A stretch of 41,638 bases of DNA, taken from assembly GCA_046331705.1 (NCBI GenBank), contig JAXLQJ010000023.1, positions 62,001-103,638 on the forward strand. The letters run 5' to 3'. The stretch is from a bacterium (GTDB lineage Bacteria; JADJOY01). The notes beneath the pieces were generated by a model, which saw nothing but the letters and a program-made list of their open reading frames with translations, made no database searches and had not been told where the DNA came from. Positions 1 to 11,700 of the stretch are shown piece after piece (positions within the stretch are counted from its first letter, which is position 1; every line of letters begins with the position of its first letter). Position numbers and translations under genes: made by a program.

Positions 1-1
1 C

Positions 2-1489
2 GCCCCCGCCACACCGGTCCTCGGCTTGGTCGCGACCGTGGTCGTGGCGACGATCGCGATGGCTCGCGTGTTGAAGCACCGGCTCCGTCTGGATGCGCAC
101 ACGCTGATGTCGGCGCGCTTCGGCTCGTTCGAGAGCGCGGGTATGTCGCGACGGCGCGCGCGGGTGGTCGCGGCGGCGTGCGCCACGGCGGCGGTGGTCT
201 TGGCGTCGCGCGGGCTGGGCGCGGACGCCGCCGGCGCCACCGGATTCTTCTTCGGCGCCGGCACGCTCATGCTCCTGGCCTCGCTCTACGCGGCGGCGGC
301 GTTCTTGCGCCCACCCGACCGCATCCACTCGCGTCCGATCACCTTCCTCGCCCTCGGCCGGCTGAGCGGCGGCCGCCGCCTGACGCGCTCGCTGGCCACC
401 CTCGGCATGCTCGCGAGCGGGATGTTCCTGGTGGTCGCGGTGAACGCGTTCCGTCAGGGCGACGACTCCACGATCGGCACCGGCGGGTTCGCGATGTTCG
501 CCAGGACCTCCATCCCCGTCGCACACGACCTCGGCAGCGCAGCGGGCGTGGCTCGTCTCGGGCTCGATGCGTTTCCCGGCGTCCGCTTCCTGCCGTTTCG
601 GCTGCGCGACGGCGACGAGGCAAGCTGCCGGAACCTCAATCAGCCGAAGCGGCCGCTCGTCCTCGGCGTGGATGCCGCGGCCATCCAGGCACGCAATCCG
701 TTCCGGTTCGCGCGCACGCTCACGCCGGTCTCCCAGCCCTGGTCGTTGCTCGCGCGCCAGGACGAGCCGGACGTGGTGCCGGGCGTCGTCGACGACGCGG
801 TCGCGCAATGGGTCCTCAAGGTGGGGCTCGGCGACACCCTCGCGTACGTCGACGAGGCGGGGCGGCCGTTTCGAATCCGCATCGTGGGGACCCTCGCGAG
901 CTCGATCCTGCAGGGTTACGTGGTGATCGACGCGCGTGCCTTCGCGGCGCGCTTTCCGTCGATCGCGGGCAATCGCGTCTTCCTCGTCGATCTGCCGAGC
1001 GCCGAATACGCGGCGTTCGATCGGCGTCTGAAGGAGTCGGCGCTCGAGGACTACGGACTCACGACCGTGCCGGCGAGCGAGCGGCTCGCGGCGTTCGAGG
1101 CCGTGCAGAACACGTACCTGTCGATCTTCTCGGTGGTGGGTGGCCTGGGGCTGGTGCTCGGATGCTTGGGGCTGGCATTGGTGGTGCTGCGCAACGTCCT
1201 GGAGCGCCGCGCCGAGCTCGCCATCCTGCTCGCCGTGGGGTTCTCGAAAGGGCGGGTGCGCCGGCTGGTGTTGCTCGAGCACGTGGGGCTCTTGGTGCTG
1301 GGCGCGACGCTCGGGATCGTGGCGGCGGTCGTCGCCGTGGGGCCTGCGGCGATCGAGCGCGGCCGACTGCCGCTCGACTTCCTGCTCGGCACCGCCGTCG
1401 CGGTGATCGCGAACGGTCTGGTGGCGACGATCGCAGCCACCGCGCTCGCTCTGCGCGGCGAGCTGGTGCCGGCGCTGCGTCGCGAGTAG
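2..1489 (+). CDS. FtsX/MacB-like ABC transporter permease, C-terminal part (5' end outside window)
   Basis: Several TM segments, a periplasmic region, and a FtsX-like C-terminal block 'QNTYLSIFSVVGGLGLVLGCLGLALVVLRNVLERRAELAILLAVGF'. Confidence 0.85.
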   Translation, partial: APATPVLGLVATVVVATIAMARVLKHRLRLDAHTLMSARFGSFESAGMSRRRARVVAAACATAAVVLASRGLGADAAGATGFFFGAGTLMLLASLYAAAAFLRPPDRIHSRPITFLALGRLSGGRRLTRSLATLGMLASGMFLVVAVNAFRQGDDSTIGTGGFAMFARTSIPVAHDLGSAAGVARLGLDAFPGVRFLPFRLRDGDEASCRNLNQPKRPLVLGVDAAAIQARNPFRFARTLTPVSQPWSLLARQDEPDVVPGVVDDAVAQWVLKVGLGDTLAYVDEAGRPFRIRIVGTLASSILQGYVVIDARAFAARFPSIAGNRVFLVDLPSAEYAAFDRRLKESALEDYGLTTVPASERLAAFEAVQNTYLSIFSVVGGLGLVLGCLGLALVVLRNVLERRAELAILLAVGFSKGRVRRLVLLEHVGLLVLGATLGIVAAVVAVGPAAIERGRLPLDFLLGTAVAVIANGLVATIAATALALRGELVPALRRE

Positions 1490-1671
1490 CGCGCTCGCAC
1501 GGTCCGCAGTGCCCGCGTCGTTCGCCGCCGGGTCGGCGAGCCGGCGCGTTGATGGTCGTCGCGCACGTCACCTATGTTGAAGGCCCTTCGCGCGCCGTCG
1601 ACGCCACCGCCGTGATGGGCGGCGTGCTCGAACGACCCGACCCGCTTCCCCCGTCGCGATCGAATCCGAGG

Positions 1672-3171
1672 ATGGCGATGGCGTCGCGACCGAGACGAAT
1701 CGCGCGTGAATGTGCGCTCGCGCCATGGGGCCGCACGGCGATCCTGCTCGCTCTCGGGGTGCTCGCCATGGCGGCGCCCACGCCGGCGGCGCCCGCGCCG
1801 GCGCAGCGGCCGATCGGCTGGCGCATGGACGGGACCGGCAACTTTCCGGCCGCGACACCCACGCTCGAGTGGTCCGCCACGCATCACGTGCGGTGGATGA
1901 AGCGGATGCCGAGCTGGAGCAACTCGTCGCCGATCCTGGTCGGCGAGCGGCTCTTCGTGTCCTCCGAGCCTGACCGGCTGCTGTGCTTGCGCGCCGCGGA
2001 CGGCGAGATCCTGTGGCAGAGAGCGAGCCCGCCCGAGGACGCGGTCGCCAACCCCATCCCCGCGCCGCCCTTCCTGCAAGGCAATGCCCGCGAGCGCGAG
2101 CTCACGATGCTGCTCCGGGAAAAGGAGCTCGAGCTGACGCGGATCCGCCAGCGGCTGCGCGCGGCGCCGGACGACGAAGGGCTCGCGAGCCTCGCCCGCG
2201 CGCACGCCGCCGAGGCCGCGGCGATGCGCGAGGAGCTGACCGCGCTCGCTCCCCACATCGGGCCGCAGATCGACGAGGAGAGCGGGCTCAGCTCGCCCAC
2301 GCCCACCAGCGACGGAGACGCGGTCTACGTGCTCTACGCCACCGGCATCGCGGCGTCCTACGACCTCTCCGGCCAGCGCCGCTGGATCCGCTTCCTCGAC
2401 CAGCCCGCGGACCGCAACGACGTGTCGAGCTCGCCGGTGCTCGCCGGCGACACCCTGGTGGTGCTCGTGCGCGATCTGATCGGCCTCGACAAGGCGACCG
2501 GCGAGGTGCGCTGGCGCGTCGACGTGCCCCATCGCAACGGCACGCCGATCGCGTTCACGATCGACGCGCAGACCTTCGTGATCACGCCGAGCGGGCACTG
2601 CGTGCGCGTCGCCGACGGCGCGATCGTCGCGAGCGACCTCGGCAACCTCGACTACGCGTCGCCGGTGATCCGCGACGGCGTGATCTACCTGATCGCCGAG
2701 GAGTCGCGGGCGCTGCGCATCCCCGAGCACCCGACGGAACCGCTCGCGTTTCGCACCGAATGGCTCGCGCACGTGAAGGGCTCGCGGTTCTACGCATCGC
2801 CGCTGGTGATCGACGGTCTCGTCTACGCGCTCTCGCGCAATCAGATGCTGACCGTCCTCGACGCCAAGACCGGCGCCGAGGTGTACGTGCAGCGGCTCTC
2901 CCTCGGCGAGATGGGCGGCGTCAACAGCGTCTACTCGAGCCCCACCCAGGGCGGGGGGCACGTGTTCCTGAGCGCGCTCGCCGGCACCACCTTGGTGCTC
3001 GCGCCCGAGCGGACCTTCCGTCCGGTGGCGACCAACACCCTCGAGAAGTTCCGCGCCAGCCCGGTCTTCGACGGCGACCGGATGTTCCTCCGCGGCCACG
3101 AGAATCTCTATTGCATCGCCGCGCCCACGGATGGCGCGCGGCCCGGGAGCGCCGCTCCGGCGGCGCCGTGA
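1672..3171 (+). CDS. Secreted PQQ-binding-like (BamB-type) beta-propeller repeat protein
   Basis: Signal-like segment, 'GWRMDGTG', repeated SSP/ASP..W blades (SNSSPILVG, SSSPVLAG, YASPVI, YSSPT), C-terminal 'MFLRGHENLYCI'. Start codon is approximate. Confidence 0.8.
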   Translation: MAMASRPRRIARECALAPWGRTAILLALGVLAMAAPTPAAPAPAQRPIGWRMDGTGNFPAATPTLEWSATHHVRWMKRMPSWSNSSPILVGERLFVSSEPDRLLCLRAADGEILWQRASPPEDAVANPIPAPPFLQGNARERELTMLLREKELELTRIRQRLRAAPDDEGLASLARAHAAEAAAMREELTALAPHIGPQIDEESGLSSPTPTSDGDAVYVLYATGIAASYDLSGQRRWIRFLDQPADRNDVSSSPVLAGDTLVVLVRDLIGLDKATGEVRWRVDVPHRNGTPIAFTIDAQTFVITPSGHCVRVADGAIVASDLGNLDYASPVIRDGVIYLIAEESRALRIPEHPTEPLAFRTEWLAHVKGSRFYASPLVIDGLVYALSRNQMLTVLDAKTGAEVYVQRLSLGEMGGVNSVYSSPTQGGGHVFLSALAGTTLVLAPERTFRPVATNTLEKFRASPVFDGDRMFLRGHENLYCIAAPTDGARPGSAAPAAP

Positions 3172-3204
3172 GCGTCACCCGCCGCGTGCGATCCCGTCAC
3201 CCGC

Positions 3205-3621
3205 ATGTACGAGCTCACCTACATCGTCGTTCCGTTCCTCGCGGGGCTGGTGGCCTCGTTTCGGCGCCTGGTGGGGCCGAAGCTCGCCGTGCGCGCGGTG
3301 TGGGTGACGGTGCACCAGCTGCTCTTCGCCGCGGCGCTGCTCGGTTGCGGGGTGCTCAGCCTGCGCGAGTTCCTCGCCATCGCGCACGGCCTCAACGGAT
3401 TCGGCCACGTGCTCTTCGTCGTCATCGTGGCATCGCGGTTGGCACTCGGGCTCTTGCCGTGCGTCGATCAGCTGGGCACGCGGGTGCTCGGCGCGGACGC
3501 GCGCGCCGAGGTCTTCCGGCGCCGCCTCGGCGCGTTGCAGCGACCGCTGGGTATCCTGACGATCCTCACCGCCGTGGCGATGCTCTTCGTGCGGCTCAGG
3601 ATCTACTTCACGATCTTCTGA
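3205..3621 (+). CDS. Small integral membrane protein, unknown function
   Basis: 138 aa with about four hydrophobic segments and host-like GC3 codon use. Confidence 0.65.
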   Translation: MYELTYIVVPFLAGLVASFRRLVGPKLAVRAVWVTVHQLLFAAALLGCGVLSLREFLAIAHGLNGFGHVLFVVIVASRLALGLLPCVDQLGTRVLGADARAEVFRRRLGALQRPLGILTILTAVAMLFVRLRIYFTIF

Positions 3622-3670
3622 TGCTCGCTCGCCCATCCCACCCGCGCGCTCGCCCTCCGGGAGCGGCGTG

Positions 3671-4285
3671 ATGGACGCGCCGATCGGCGGCGCGGACCAC
3701 CGCCCGCTGCTGCCGCGGGTGGTGGCGTTGCTCCGCGCCCTCGACGGGGACGTGGGGATCGCGACCGTTGCCGCCGCCACGCTGCGCGCGCTCGACGGAA
3801 GCGCGATCCCGGAGCCCCAGCGTCAGCTGCTGGTGCATGCCGACGGGCTGACGCCCACCCTGGAGCGCCATCTGGGACAGCCGCTCGGTCTGCGCATGCT
3901 GCGCGTTCGTCGCCAGGGCAGCGTGCTGATGCGCGAGATCCTGCTGGTCGCCGCCGGTCTCGATCACGCCGTGAGCTTCGGCGCGATCCGCCTCCACCTC
4001 GACGGCTTCGAGGATGGGGTGCGAAGCGAGATCCTCGCCGGCGTGGCACCGCTGGGGACGATCCTCCGCGATCGGCGCGTCGCGCACCAGCGACGGCTCT
4101 CGGGATTCTTCCAGGTGGCGGCGCGCGCGCTCGTGCCCGCCGGAATCGCCCTTCGCGACGAGGCGACGCTCTACGGCAGGCACAGCGAGCTTCACACGCC
4201 CACCGGCCAAGAGATGGCCGAGGTGGTCGAGATCCTGGCGCCCCTCGCGAGCGCGGCGCGCGGCGAGTCGCTCAGCCGAGCGTGA
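3671..4285 (+). CDS. Chorismate pyruvate-lyase-like protein (Rv2949c/UbiC-fold, DUF98-like)
   Basis: 'QLLVHADGLTPTLERHLG...LMREILL...SFGAIRLHL...ILAGVAPLGTIL...LYGRHSEL...MAEVVEIL' matches the 4-hydroxybenzoate synthase-like pattern. Confidence 0.7.
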   Translation: MDAPIGGADHRPLLPRVVALLRALDGDVGIATVAAATLRALDGSAIPEPQRQLLVHADGLTPTLERHLGQPLGLRMLRVRRQGSVLMREILLVAAGLDHAVSFGAIRLHLDGFEDGVRSEILAGVAPLGTILRDRRVAHQRRLSGFFQVAARALVPAGIALRDEATLYGRHSELHTPTGQEMAEVVEILAPLASAARGESLSRA

Positions 4286-5039
4286 TCGCGGTACCCGCGT
4301 CGACGACGATCGTCTGACCCTGCACGAGGTCGGCGAGCGGGCTCGCCAGGAAGAGCGCCACGTCGGCGACGTCGTCCACCGAGAGGCTGCGGTCGCCGGT
4401 CAGCTCGCGCGAGCGGCGGCGCTCGAACAGGATCTCGCGGTTCGGGATCATGGCGACGGCGTCGGTGTCGACGAGCCCGCTCAGGAGCGCGTTCACGTTC
4501 ACGTTGCGCGGCCCGAGCTCGAGCGCGGCCTGGCGCACCAGCCCTTCGAGAGCGGCTTTCGTCATGCCGACCAGGCCGTACATCGGCAGCGCGTAGCGCG
4601 AGCCATGGCTCGAGAGCGCGATCACCTTGGCGCGCCCGCTGCGGCGTTCGAGCTGGCCCTGGAACGCGCGCAGCAGGTGGATCAGCGCCTCCACGTTGGT
4701 CGCCATGGCCGCCTGGAACTGGCGCGTCGTGGTCTCGACCACGGGCCGGAAGCCGCCGGTGGCCGCGTTCGAGACCAGGATGTCGATCCGCCCGAAGGCG
4801 GCGGCGACGTGCTCCGCCATCTGCTCGACGTCGTCGCTCTCGGAGACGTCCGCCTTCACGAGCACGGCGCGTCGCCCCATCGCGACGATGCGGCCGGCGA
4901 CCTCCTCCGCGGCGGCGCGGCTCGAGACGTAGTTCACCACCACGTCCGCGCCCGCCTGCGCGAGCCGCAGCGCGCACGCGGCGCCGATCCCGCGCGACGA
5001 GCCGGTCACCAGGGCTACCTGGCCGGTGAGATCGATCAT
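4272..5039 (-). CDS. SDR oxidoreductase, FabL-like enoyl-ACP reductase
   Basis: TGSSRGIG cofactor motif, 'VSNAATGGFRP', 'SSHGS', 'YGLVGMTKAALE' (Y-x6-K as in enoyl-ACP reductases), 'GQTIVVDAG'. Confidence 0.85.
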   Translation of the reverse strand: MIDLTGQVALVTGSSRGIGAACALRLAQAGADVVVNYVSSRAAAEEVAGRIVAMGRRAVLVKADVSESDDVEQMAEHVAAAFGRIDILVSNAATGGFRPVVETTTRQFQAAMATNVEALIHLLRAFQGQLERRSGRAKVIALSSHGSRYALPMYGLVGMTKAALEGLVRQAALELGPRNVNVNALLSGLVDTDAVAMIPNREILFERRRSRELTGDRSLSVDDVADVALFLASPLADLVQGQTIVVDAGTAITLG

Positions 5040-5707
5040 GCGCTGCTCCTCTCGTGCGCGCGGAAGCCGACGGCGACGAGGTGCGCGCCGGGAACGTCGC
5101 CGAGCCAGCGCACCCGCACCGCTCGCCCTCGCGCGCGGCGGTCGGTGGCCGTGCCGTGGACGCGATCCGGCTCGCGCTCGACGTGCCAGTCGTCGGGGAC
5201 GAACGCCTCGTCACCGAGCTCCGCCTTGTACGCGGCCTCGCGCGCGCTCCACGTCCAGGGGTCGGGCTCGCCGACGTCCGCTCGCTCGACCACGTCCACA
5301 CCCACGAGATGCGTCGGGCTCGCGACCGCCGCCGCCAGGTGCTCGGCGTGCGCGACCGAGACGTGGAGGCCGAGCCGCTCGCCGCGCGACCACAGCGCCG
5401 GGCGCGCGGGACGCCCGAAACGATCGCGCGAGCGCACCGCGAGCGTCGCGGGATCGAGCGCGCGCGCGCCGAGCACACGCGCCACGGCGAGCTTGGCGGC
5501 GCGCCGTCCCGCGAGCCACTGCGCACGACGGCGGGGATCGGTGAGCAGCTCGGCCTCGAGCCATTCCGCGGGGTGGATGTCGGGCGGGCGCACCTCGCTC
5601 GCCGCCTCCCAGCGCGCGGGATCGTCGGCTGCGGCGATGCGGACGGTGGCGAGCCACGCGGCGGCTTCGGGCAGCGGGCGGGCGTCGCCGTCGACGAGCA
5701 CGTTCAT
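5036..5707 (-). CDS. 4'-phosphopantetheinyl transferase (Sfp-like)
   Basis: 'WLAGRRAAK', 'VSVAH', 'VGVDVV', 'WSAREAAYKA'. ATGA overlaps with both the PKS and the SDR gene. Confidence 0.85.
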   Translation of the reverse strand: MNVLVDGDARPLPEAAAWLATVRIAAADDPARWEAASEVRPPDIHPAEWLEAELLTDPRRRAQWLAGRRAAKLAVARVLGARALDPATLAVRSRDRFGRPARPALWSRGERLGLHVSVAHAEHLAAAVASPTHLVGVDVVERADVGEPDPWTWSAREAAYKAELGDEAFVPDDWHVEREPDRVHGTATDRRARGRAVRVRWLGDVPGAHLVAVGFRAHERSSA

Positions 5708-8700
5708 GGCATGCCCCCGGCGGGATCGAGCACCTCGACGCGATAGCCCTCGGCCCACGCCACGAGTCGGCCCGCGGCGGTACGCAGCTGGAAGTCGAAG
5801 AAGAGGTGGGATTCGGTGCGTTCGCGGAAGCGCGCCGCGACCAGGCACGGCTCGGCCTCGTCGGGCAGCGCCAGCAGCACCAGGCGCGCGAAGCCGCTCG
5901 GCAGGCTGGTGGCCGAAAGCGCCAGTCGCGCGTACACGCCGCACACCACCAAGCAGCCGTCGAGGATGGCGCTCGGCACTCGCCACTCGGCGTGAGGGCG
6001 CGTCGGCCGGAGCGCCGTGGGCGCGGGCGCCAGCAGCTCGCCCCAGGCCCGCTCGCCGCTCACGCCCACGCGTCCGAGCGTGCGCAGCGCCGGGCCGTGA
6101 TAGACGCGTCCCGGCTCGCAATCCTCGGGCGACGCGGGATAGCTCATGTCCCACCAGTCGAGATCGGCGGGTGGAGGCGGAAGGTCCGTCGGCCGCGTCA
6201 CCGCATCCGCGAGGCCGATCTCGGCGCTCTGGTAGATCCGATCCGGCTCGCCGAGCTTGCCCACCTTGGAGATGAAGTCGCCGCGCAAGCTGGCGCGCCA
6301 GCGATCGTGGCCGTGTGCGACCACCTCCACCCGCAACCGCTGCGGAGCGCGGTTGCGGAAGCGCAGCCCCGATTCGATGGAGGCGTTCTCGACCAGCACC
6401 GCCGTGCCGGGCGCGCGGTCCAGCAGCGCCGCCTCGACCAGGGTCTCGAGCCCCACCACCGCGGGCAGGATCGGCTGGCGCTCGAAGCAGTGATCGACGA
6501 GGAAGCGGTCGCGGGTGGGATCGAACGTGACATCGGCGATCCGAAGCGCCGGCTGCTCTTCCACGAGCCCATCGACGATCGCGGTCCGGCGGGTGGCGGC
6601 CACGCTCCCGTCGAGCGCGCGATCGAGCTCGGGTGCGGGCGCGGTGCGATCGAGATCGAGCAGGGTCGCGCGATCCAGGATCACGACCTCGTTCTCGGGC
6701 AGCCCCGCCGCGAGCTCGCGCAGCACGTGCTCGCAGCCCTCCGCCACCGGCATGAACGTCTGACCGCTGGCTTCCAGCGCGAAGCGGCTCTCCGGTCGAA
6801 CCGCCATGCCGACCTCGTCCCAGGCGGGCCAGTGGAAGGTGCAGCCCGCGACACCCGTGCGGCGGCGATGCGCGGTGACGAGCTTCGCGAGCAGATCGCT
6901 GGCGAGGCTGTAGTCGGCCTGTCCGAGGCCGCCGAAGCGACCGCTCACCGAGCCGAAGCCGATGACGTGCTCGATCTCGTCGCCGGCGGTCAGCGCCAGC
7001 AGGTGCTGAAGGCCGAGCACCTTGCTCTCGACCGTGGCGCGCACCTGCGCGGGAGTCTTGCGGGCGAAGTCGCTCGCCGCCTCGATTCCCGCGCCGTGGA
7101 GAATGCCGCGCACCGGCAGCTCGCCGGCGCGCACCGCCGCGAGCATTCGCTCGACGGCCTCGGCGTCGGTGACGTCGGCCGCGTGGTAGCTGTACGCGAC
7201 GCCGGCAGCGCGGTGCCCGGCGAGCGTCTGGTGAAGGTCGATGCGCCGCGTGAGCGCGTCCCACGCTCGCTCGGGGTCCTCGCCGCGCGCGCGCGCTTCG
7301 GCGACGATGCGCGGCCTGAGCTCGCGGCGTCCCGCCGCATCGAGCGCGAGCCATTCGTCGGGCACCGGCGCGAGGGGAGTCGAGCCCACCAGGTGCAGGT
7401 GCACGCCGAGCTGCACCGCGATGGCGCGCGCCACGTGCGCGGTCACGCCGCGGCCGCCGCCGGTCACGATCCACGCGCCGCGCGGGGTGGCGCCAGCGTT
7501 CGCGCAGGGCGGCGGGAGCGCCGGCAGCTCCCGTGGCACCATGCGCAGCTCCTGGTGACGACCGCGTACCCATGCGGTCTCGACACGATCGTCGTCGCTC
7601 GAGAGCGCCGCCACCACGCTCTGCGCCATCACCGCCGGCGGCTCGATGCCGGCGCAATCGACGACCTTCACGCGCAGACCGGGAAGCTCGCGGCGCAACG
7701 CCTTCCAGAGCCCGGTGGCGGCGCCGCCCGCAGGCTCGATCTCGCGCGCGGTACCGAAGCCCAAGTCGCCGCCGAGGCGCGTGAGCGCCACCAGCTCGGC
7801 GCCCGCCAGCGCGTCGCGCTCGCGCAGCGCCACCGCCCAGCGCTGCACCCACTGAAACGGCGCGAGCACGTGCTGCTCGACCCGGCGTCGCCGCTCGCTC
7901 GCGTCGGGGCTCGTCCAGGTGTCGGAGGGCTCGCAGGGGAGGACCCACACCAATCGTCCCGGCGCCGGGGACTCGTCGAGGACGCGCGTCGGATCGCCGA
8001 CCGCGCGCACTTCCGAACCCGCCTCGCCGAGGGCGTGAGCGACGGCGCTCGCCACCGCATCGCTGCCCACGACCCACGTGGCGAGTCGAGCGAGCTGCGC
8101 GCGCGGGCGGGCCTCGGGGGTGGCGGGCAGGCTGCGCAGCACCCAGCGGCGCATGCGACGTCCGGCGCGCGCGGCGGCGCTCTCGGTGGCGTGCGCGTCC
8201 TGCCACCAGCGGCTCGGCTCGAAGTGGAGGAAGCGCTCCGCGTCCGCGCCGTGGCGCGGTCCGGGCGTGACCTCGAAGGTGTCGACGTCGGCGCCGCAGG
8301 CGCGCACGAAGCTCGCCTGGTTGTCCACGCGGCAGACGGTGTTCATGGTGCAGTGGCGGACCTCGCGTCCGCGCGCCAGATCGAAGCGATCGCGCAGCAG
8401 CGCTTGCACCTGCTGGGGCGTGATCGGTCCTTCGGGGAGCAGCGCCCGCGCCCGCTCGAAGCGGTGTCGCGAGTGCTCGGGAATCGCTTCCCCGCCTTCG
8501 AGCAACAGGCTGTGATTGGTGGTGAGGATCCGGTCCACGTCGCGGCGCACGGCGAGAGTCGGGCCGTCGTATTCGAGGTACGCGAGCGCATCGGTGTCGC
8601 GGTGCGAGAGCAGCACGCTCCAGGCGCCGACCCGCGGCCACGCCTCCACGATCGCCAGGGCTTCGTCGAGGGTGCTGGCCTGCTCGAGGATGCGCAGCAC

Positions 8701-11700
8701 CAGCAGCGGGTGGACGCGCCCGAGCGCGCTCAGGTCGCGGGGCCGATCGAGGAGCATGGTGCTCGACACGGTGAGCCCGCGGGCGTTGGTGCCGTTGATG
8801 CCGCCCACCTGTCCCGCGACGCCGAGCACCGCCGCGCGGATGCGGTCCGGCTCGCCATCGCGCGGGGCGCCTTGCGGGTCGCGCACCAGCACCGCGCGGA
8901 CCATCTCGTTGCCGAGCCTGAGCCCCGCGGGGCTGTCCTCGTTGGCGCCGTGCAGCAAGGGGCCGCCGCCGTTGGCCGCGCTCGTCACCGCGAGCTGGGT
9001 GCAACCGGCGGCGTCGAATTGCGGCTCCATCGCCAGGTTGAGCGCGATGATCGACTCGGCGGAGACGTGGGCACCCTCGGCGATGCCACGCATCTCGTCG
9101 AGCGCGGCCTCGTCGTAGTAGGCGGCTTGCTGGCCGAGCGCCTCGCGCGCCAGCGGCAGCTCGTTCGCGCTGCGCACGCCGAGCAGCTCCTGGAAGCGTC
9201 GCAAGGTGGCGTGGATCGCGCCGGCGAACCGCTCCCCGTGGCGACGTCCCATCGCGCGATCGTCGCCGTGCACCGCGAGCACCAGCTCGCGCTCGAGGCT
9301 CGATGGGGCGGCGGTCGCGGCGCCGGCCGTCGCGGCGCCCGCGGCACTGGTGCCGCTCGCGGTGGCGCCGCCGGCGGCGTGCGGCAGCAGCGCTTTTTCC
9401 GTGAGGAAGCGCGCGATGTCGCGCAGCGTGACGAATTGCGCCAGGCTCGCGCCGCCCCCGCCGCCGCTCGGCATCTGGATGCGGAACTGGTCGCGCAGCT
9501 CGCCCAGGAGCCGCGCCTTCTTGATCGAGTCGATCCCGAGGTCGGCTTCCAGGTCCTGATCGAGCGTCACCACCTCCGGCGGGTAGCCGGTTTGCTCGCA
9601 CACGAACTTGACCAGTAGCGCCTCGATCTCGCTCAGGCCGCTCGCTGGCGCCGGTGCCGGCGCGTCCGCGGCTTGCGTGGCGCGGGCCGCGCTCGGCGCC
9701 GCGTGGGTGCGATTCGCATCGTGCGCCTGCGCGACGCGCGTGCGCCGGCGCTGGGTGGCGTCGAAATGAGGGATCGGCGCGACGCTCGGCGCGGGAAGCT
9801 CGCGGGTGCGAGCGTAGGGCCAGACGCCGGAGGCGCCCGCAGCGGCGCCGCCGGCCGCGGCGCTCGGCGCGTGGGCCGCGGGCCAGAGGTCTTGGGTTTC
9901 GAGCAGCGCGCGCACCCGCAACAGCTGCTCGACGGCCGGGACCTTGGGGTGATCGCAACACACCACCGCCACCGGCTCCGACTTGAGAATGCTGCGGATC
10001 AGCCGGGTCAGCACGGTGCGCGGACCGACCTCCACGAAGACCCGCGCGCCGTCGGCGTAGGCTCGCCGCACCATCTCCACGAAGCGCAGCGGCTCGGTCA
10101 GCTGATCGACCAAGCGCGCGCGGATCACGCTCGGCTCGGCGACGTACTCGTTGCCGATGCCGCTCAAGAGCGGGACGCGCGGCGGCGCCAGCGACGATTC
10201 CGCCAGCACCGTCGCGAGCGCCGGCTTGGCGTCGGCGAGCAGCGCGCTGTGGAACGGCTGTGGCACCGGCAGCACTCGCGCGACCTCGCCGGTCGCCTCG
10301 ATGAGCGTCACGACCTGGCCGACCAGCGCGGTCTCCACCGCCAGCACCGTCTGCTCGGGGCTGTTGTAGTTGGCGGGCGCCACGAACCCGCGACCCGAGA
10401 GCGCCGCGACCAGCGCCGCGATCTGCTCCGGCGACGCGGAAGTGGAGACGAGCTTGCCGCGCGGCGCGCCGAGGGCGTCGAGCGCTCGGCACCGGCCGTG
10501 GGTCGCGCGCAGGCCGGTCGCCAGCGACCAGGCGCCGGTGGCCACCAGGGCGGGGTATTCGCCGTAGCTGTGACCGAACACCACCGAAGGCACGACACCC
10601 AGGCTCGCGAGCACGCGGTGCACCAGCAGATCCGCCGCGAACACCGAGATCTGCGTGCGCCAGGTGTCCTGCCCGAGCCGCTCGGCGCCCTCGTCCGACC
10701 ACGCGATCTCCGCGAAGCTCGGCTCACCAATCCGAGCCAGCTCACGGTCCAGCTCCTCGAGCACCGTGCGCGTGACCGGGTAACCGTCGACCAAGCCGCG
10801 CAGCATCCCCGCGTATTGCGATCCCTGACCGCTGAAGGCGAACGCCAGCCCTGGGGTGGCTGCGGGCCGCGCGTGCAGGAACACGCCCTGCTCGTGGAGC
10901 GCCGAGGCGAGCGCGTGCGAATCGGGCGCCTCGCGCACCGAAGCGAGCTTGGTGCGAAGCGCTTCCGGCTCGGACGCGACGATGGCGAGCCGCCACGCGT
11001 CGCGCTCGCCGAAGCGCGTCTCGCGCGCGGCCAGCTCCCAGGCCAGGGCCGGATCGGCGAGCAGCGCGCGAATTCGCGTCGCCAGCGCTTCCCGCGACTC
11101 GGCGCCGAGTCGCACCAGGCGTGGTCCTTGCGGCGCCGCCGCCACGACCTCGACGCCGCTCGGCGCGGCTCTCGCGACCAGCGCACGCCACGGCTCGACG
11201 CGCGCCTCGACGCTCGCGTGGTACGCGAGCCCGCGCAGGCCGAGCGCGTGGACCGCGATGGGCACCCCGCTCGATCCCGGCGCGCGCGCGAGCTCGTGCT
11301 CGCGGCGCGTGGCGACCGCCAGCGAGTCGACGAGCGCGACCAGGCCGCTCGCGCCCTGGGTCATGCCGAGGCGATCGACCGGCGAGATCGCGAGCGCGGG
11401 CGCGTCTCCGCCGTTTCGCGCGTGCAGGCGCTCCTCCGTCGCGGCGGCGGCGCTCGCCGCGGAACCGAAGCGCGCCACCAGCGCCGGCGGCGTCGCGCCG
11501 TCTCGCGCCGCGGCGCGGGCCACCGCGTCGCCGAGCGCCGCCAGCGCTCCGTCGCGGCTCGACGCGGCGGAGACGTCGCCGAGCAGCGCGTACGCCTGCC
11601 GCTCGGCGGCCAGTGGCGAGTCCGCGCGCGCCAGCAGCAGCGCGACCGCGCCCTCGGCGAGGCGGAACTCGCCGCCGCCCGGGCCCGCCAGCCGGCCCAT

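Noticed and set aside
178-1671. N-terminal half of the 997-aa ORF
   Set aside because: Overlaps the permease in another frame; the propeller protein begins near 1672.
5036-10702. 1888-aa ORF and other long Arg/Ala/Pro-rich ORFs overlapping the PKS
   Set aside because: Shadow frames of high-GC coding DNA; only the last 223 aa (PPTase) look real.
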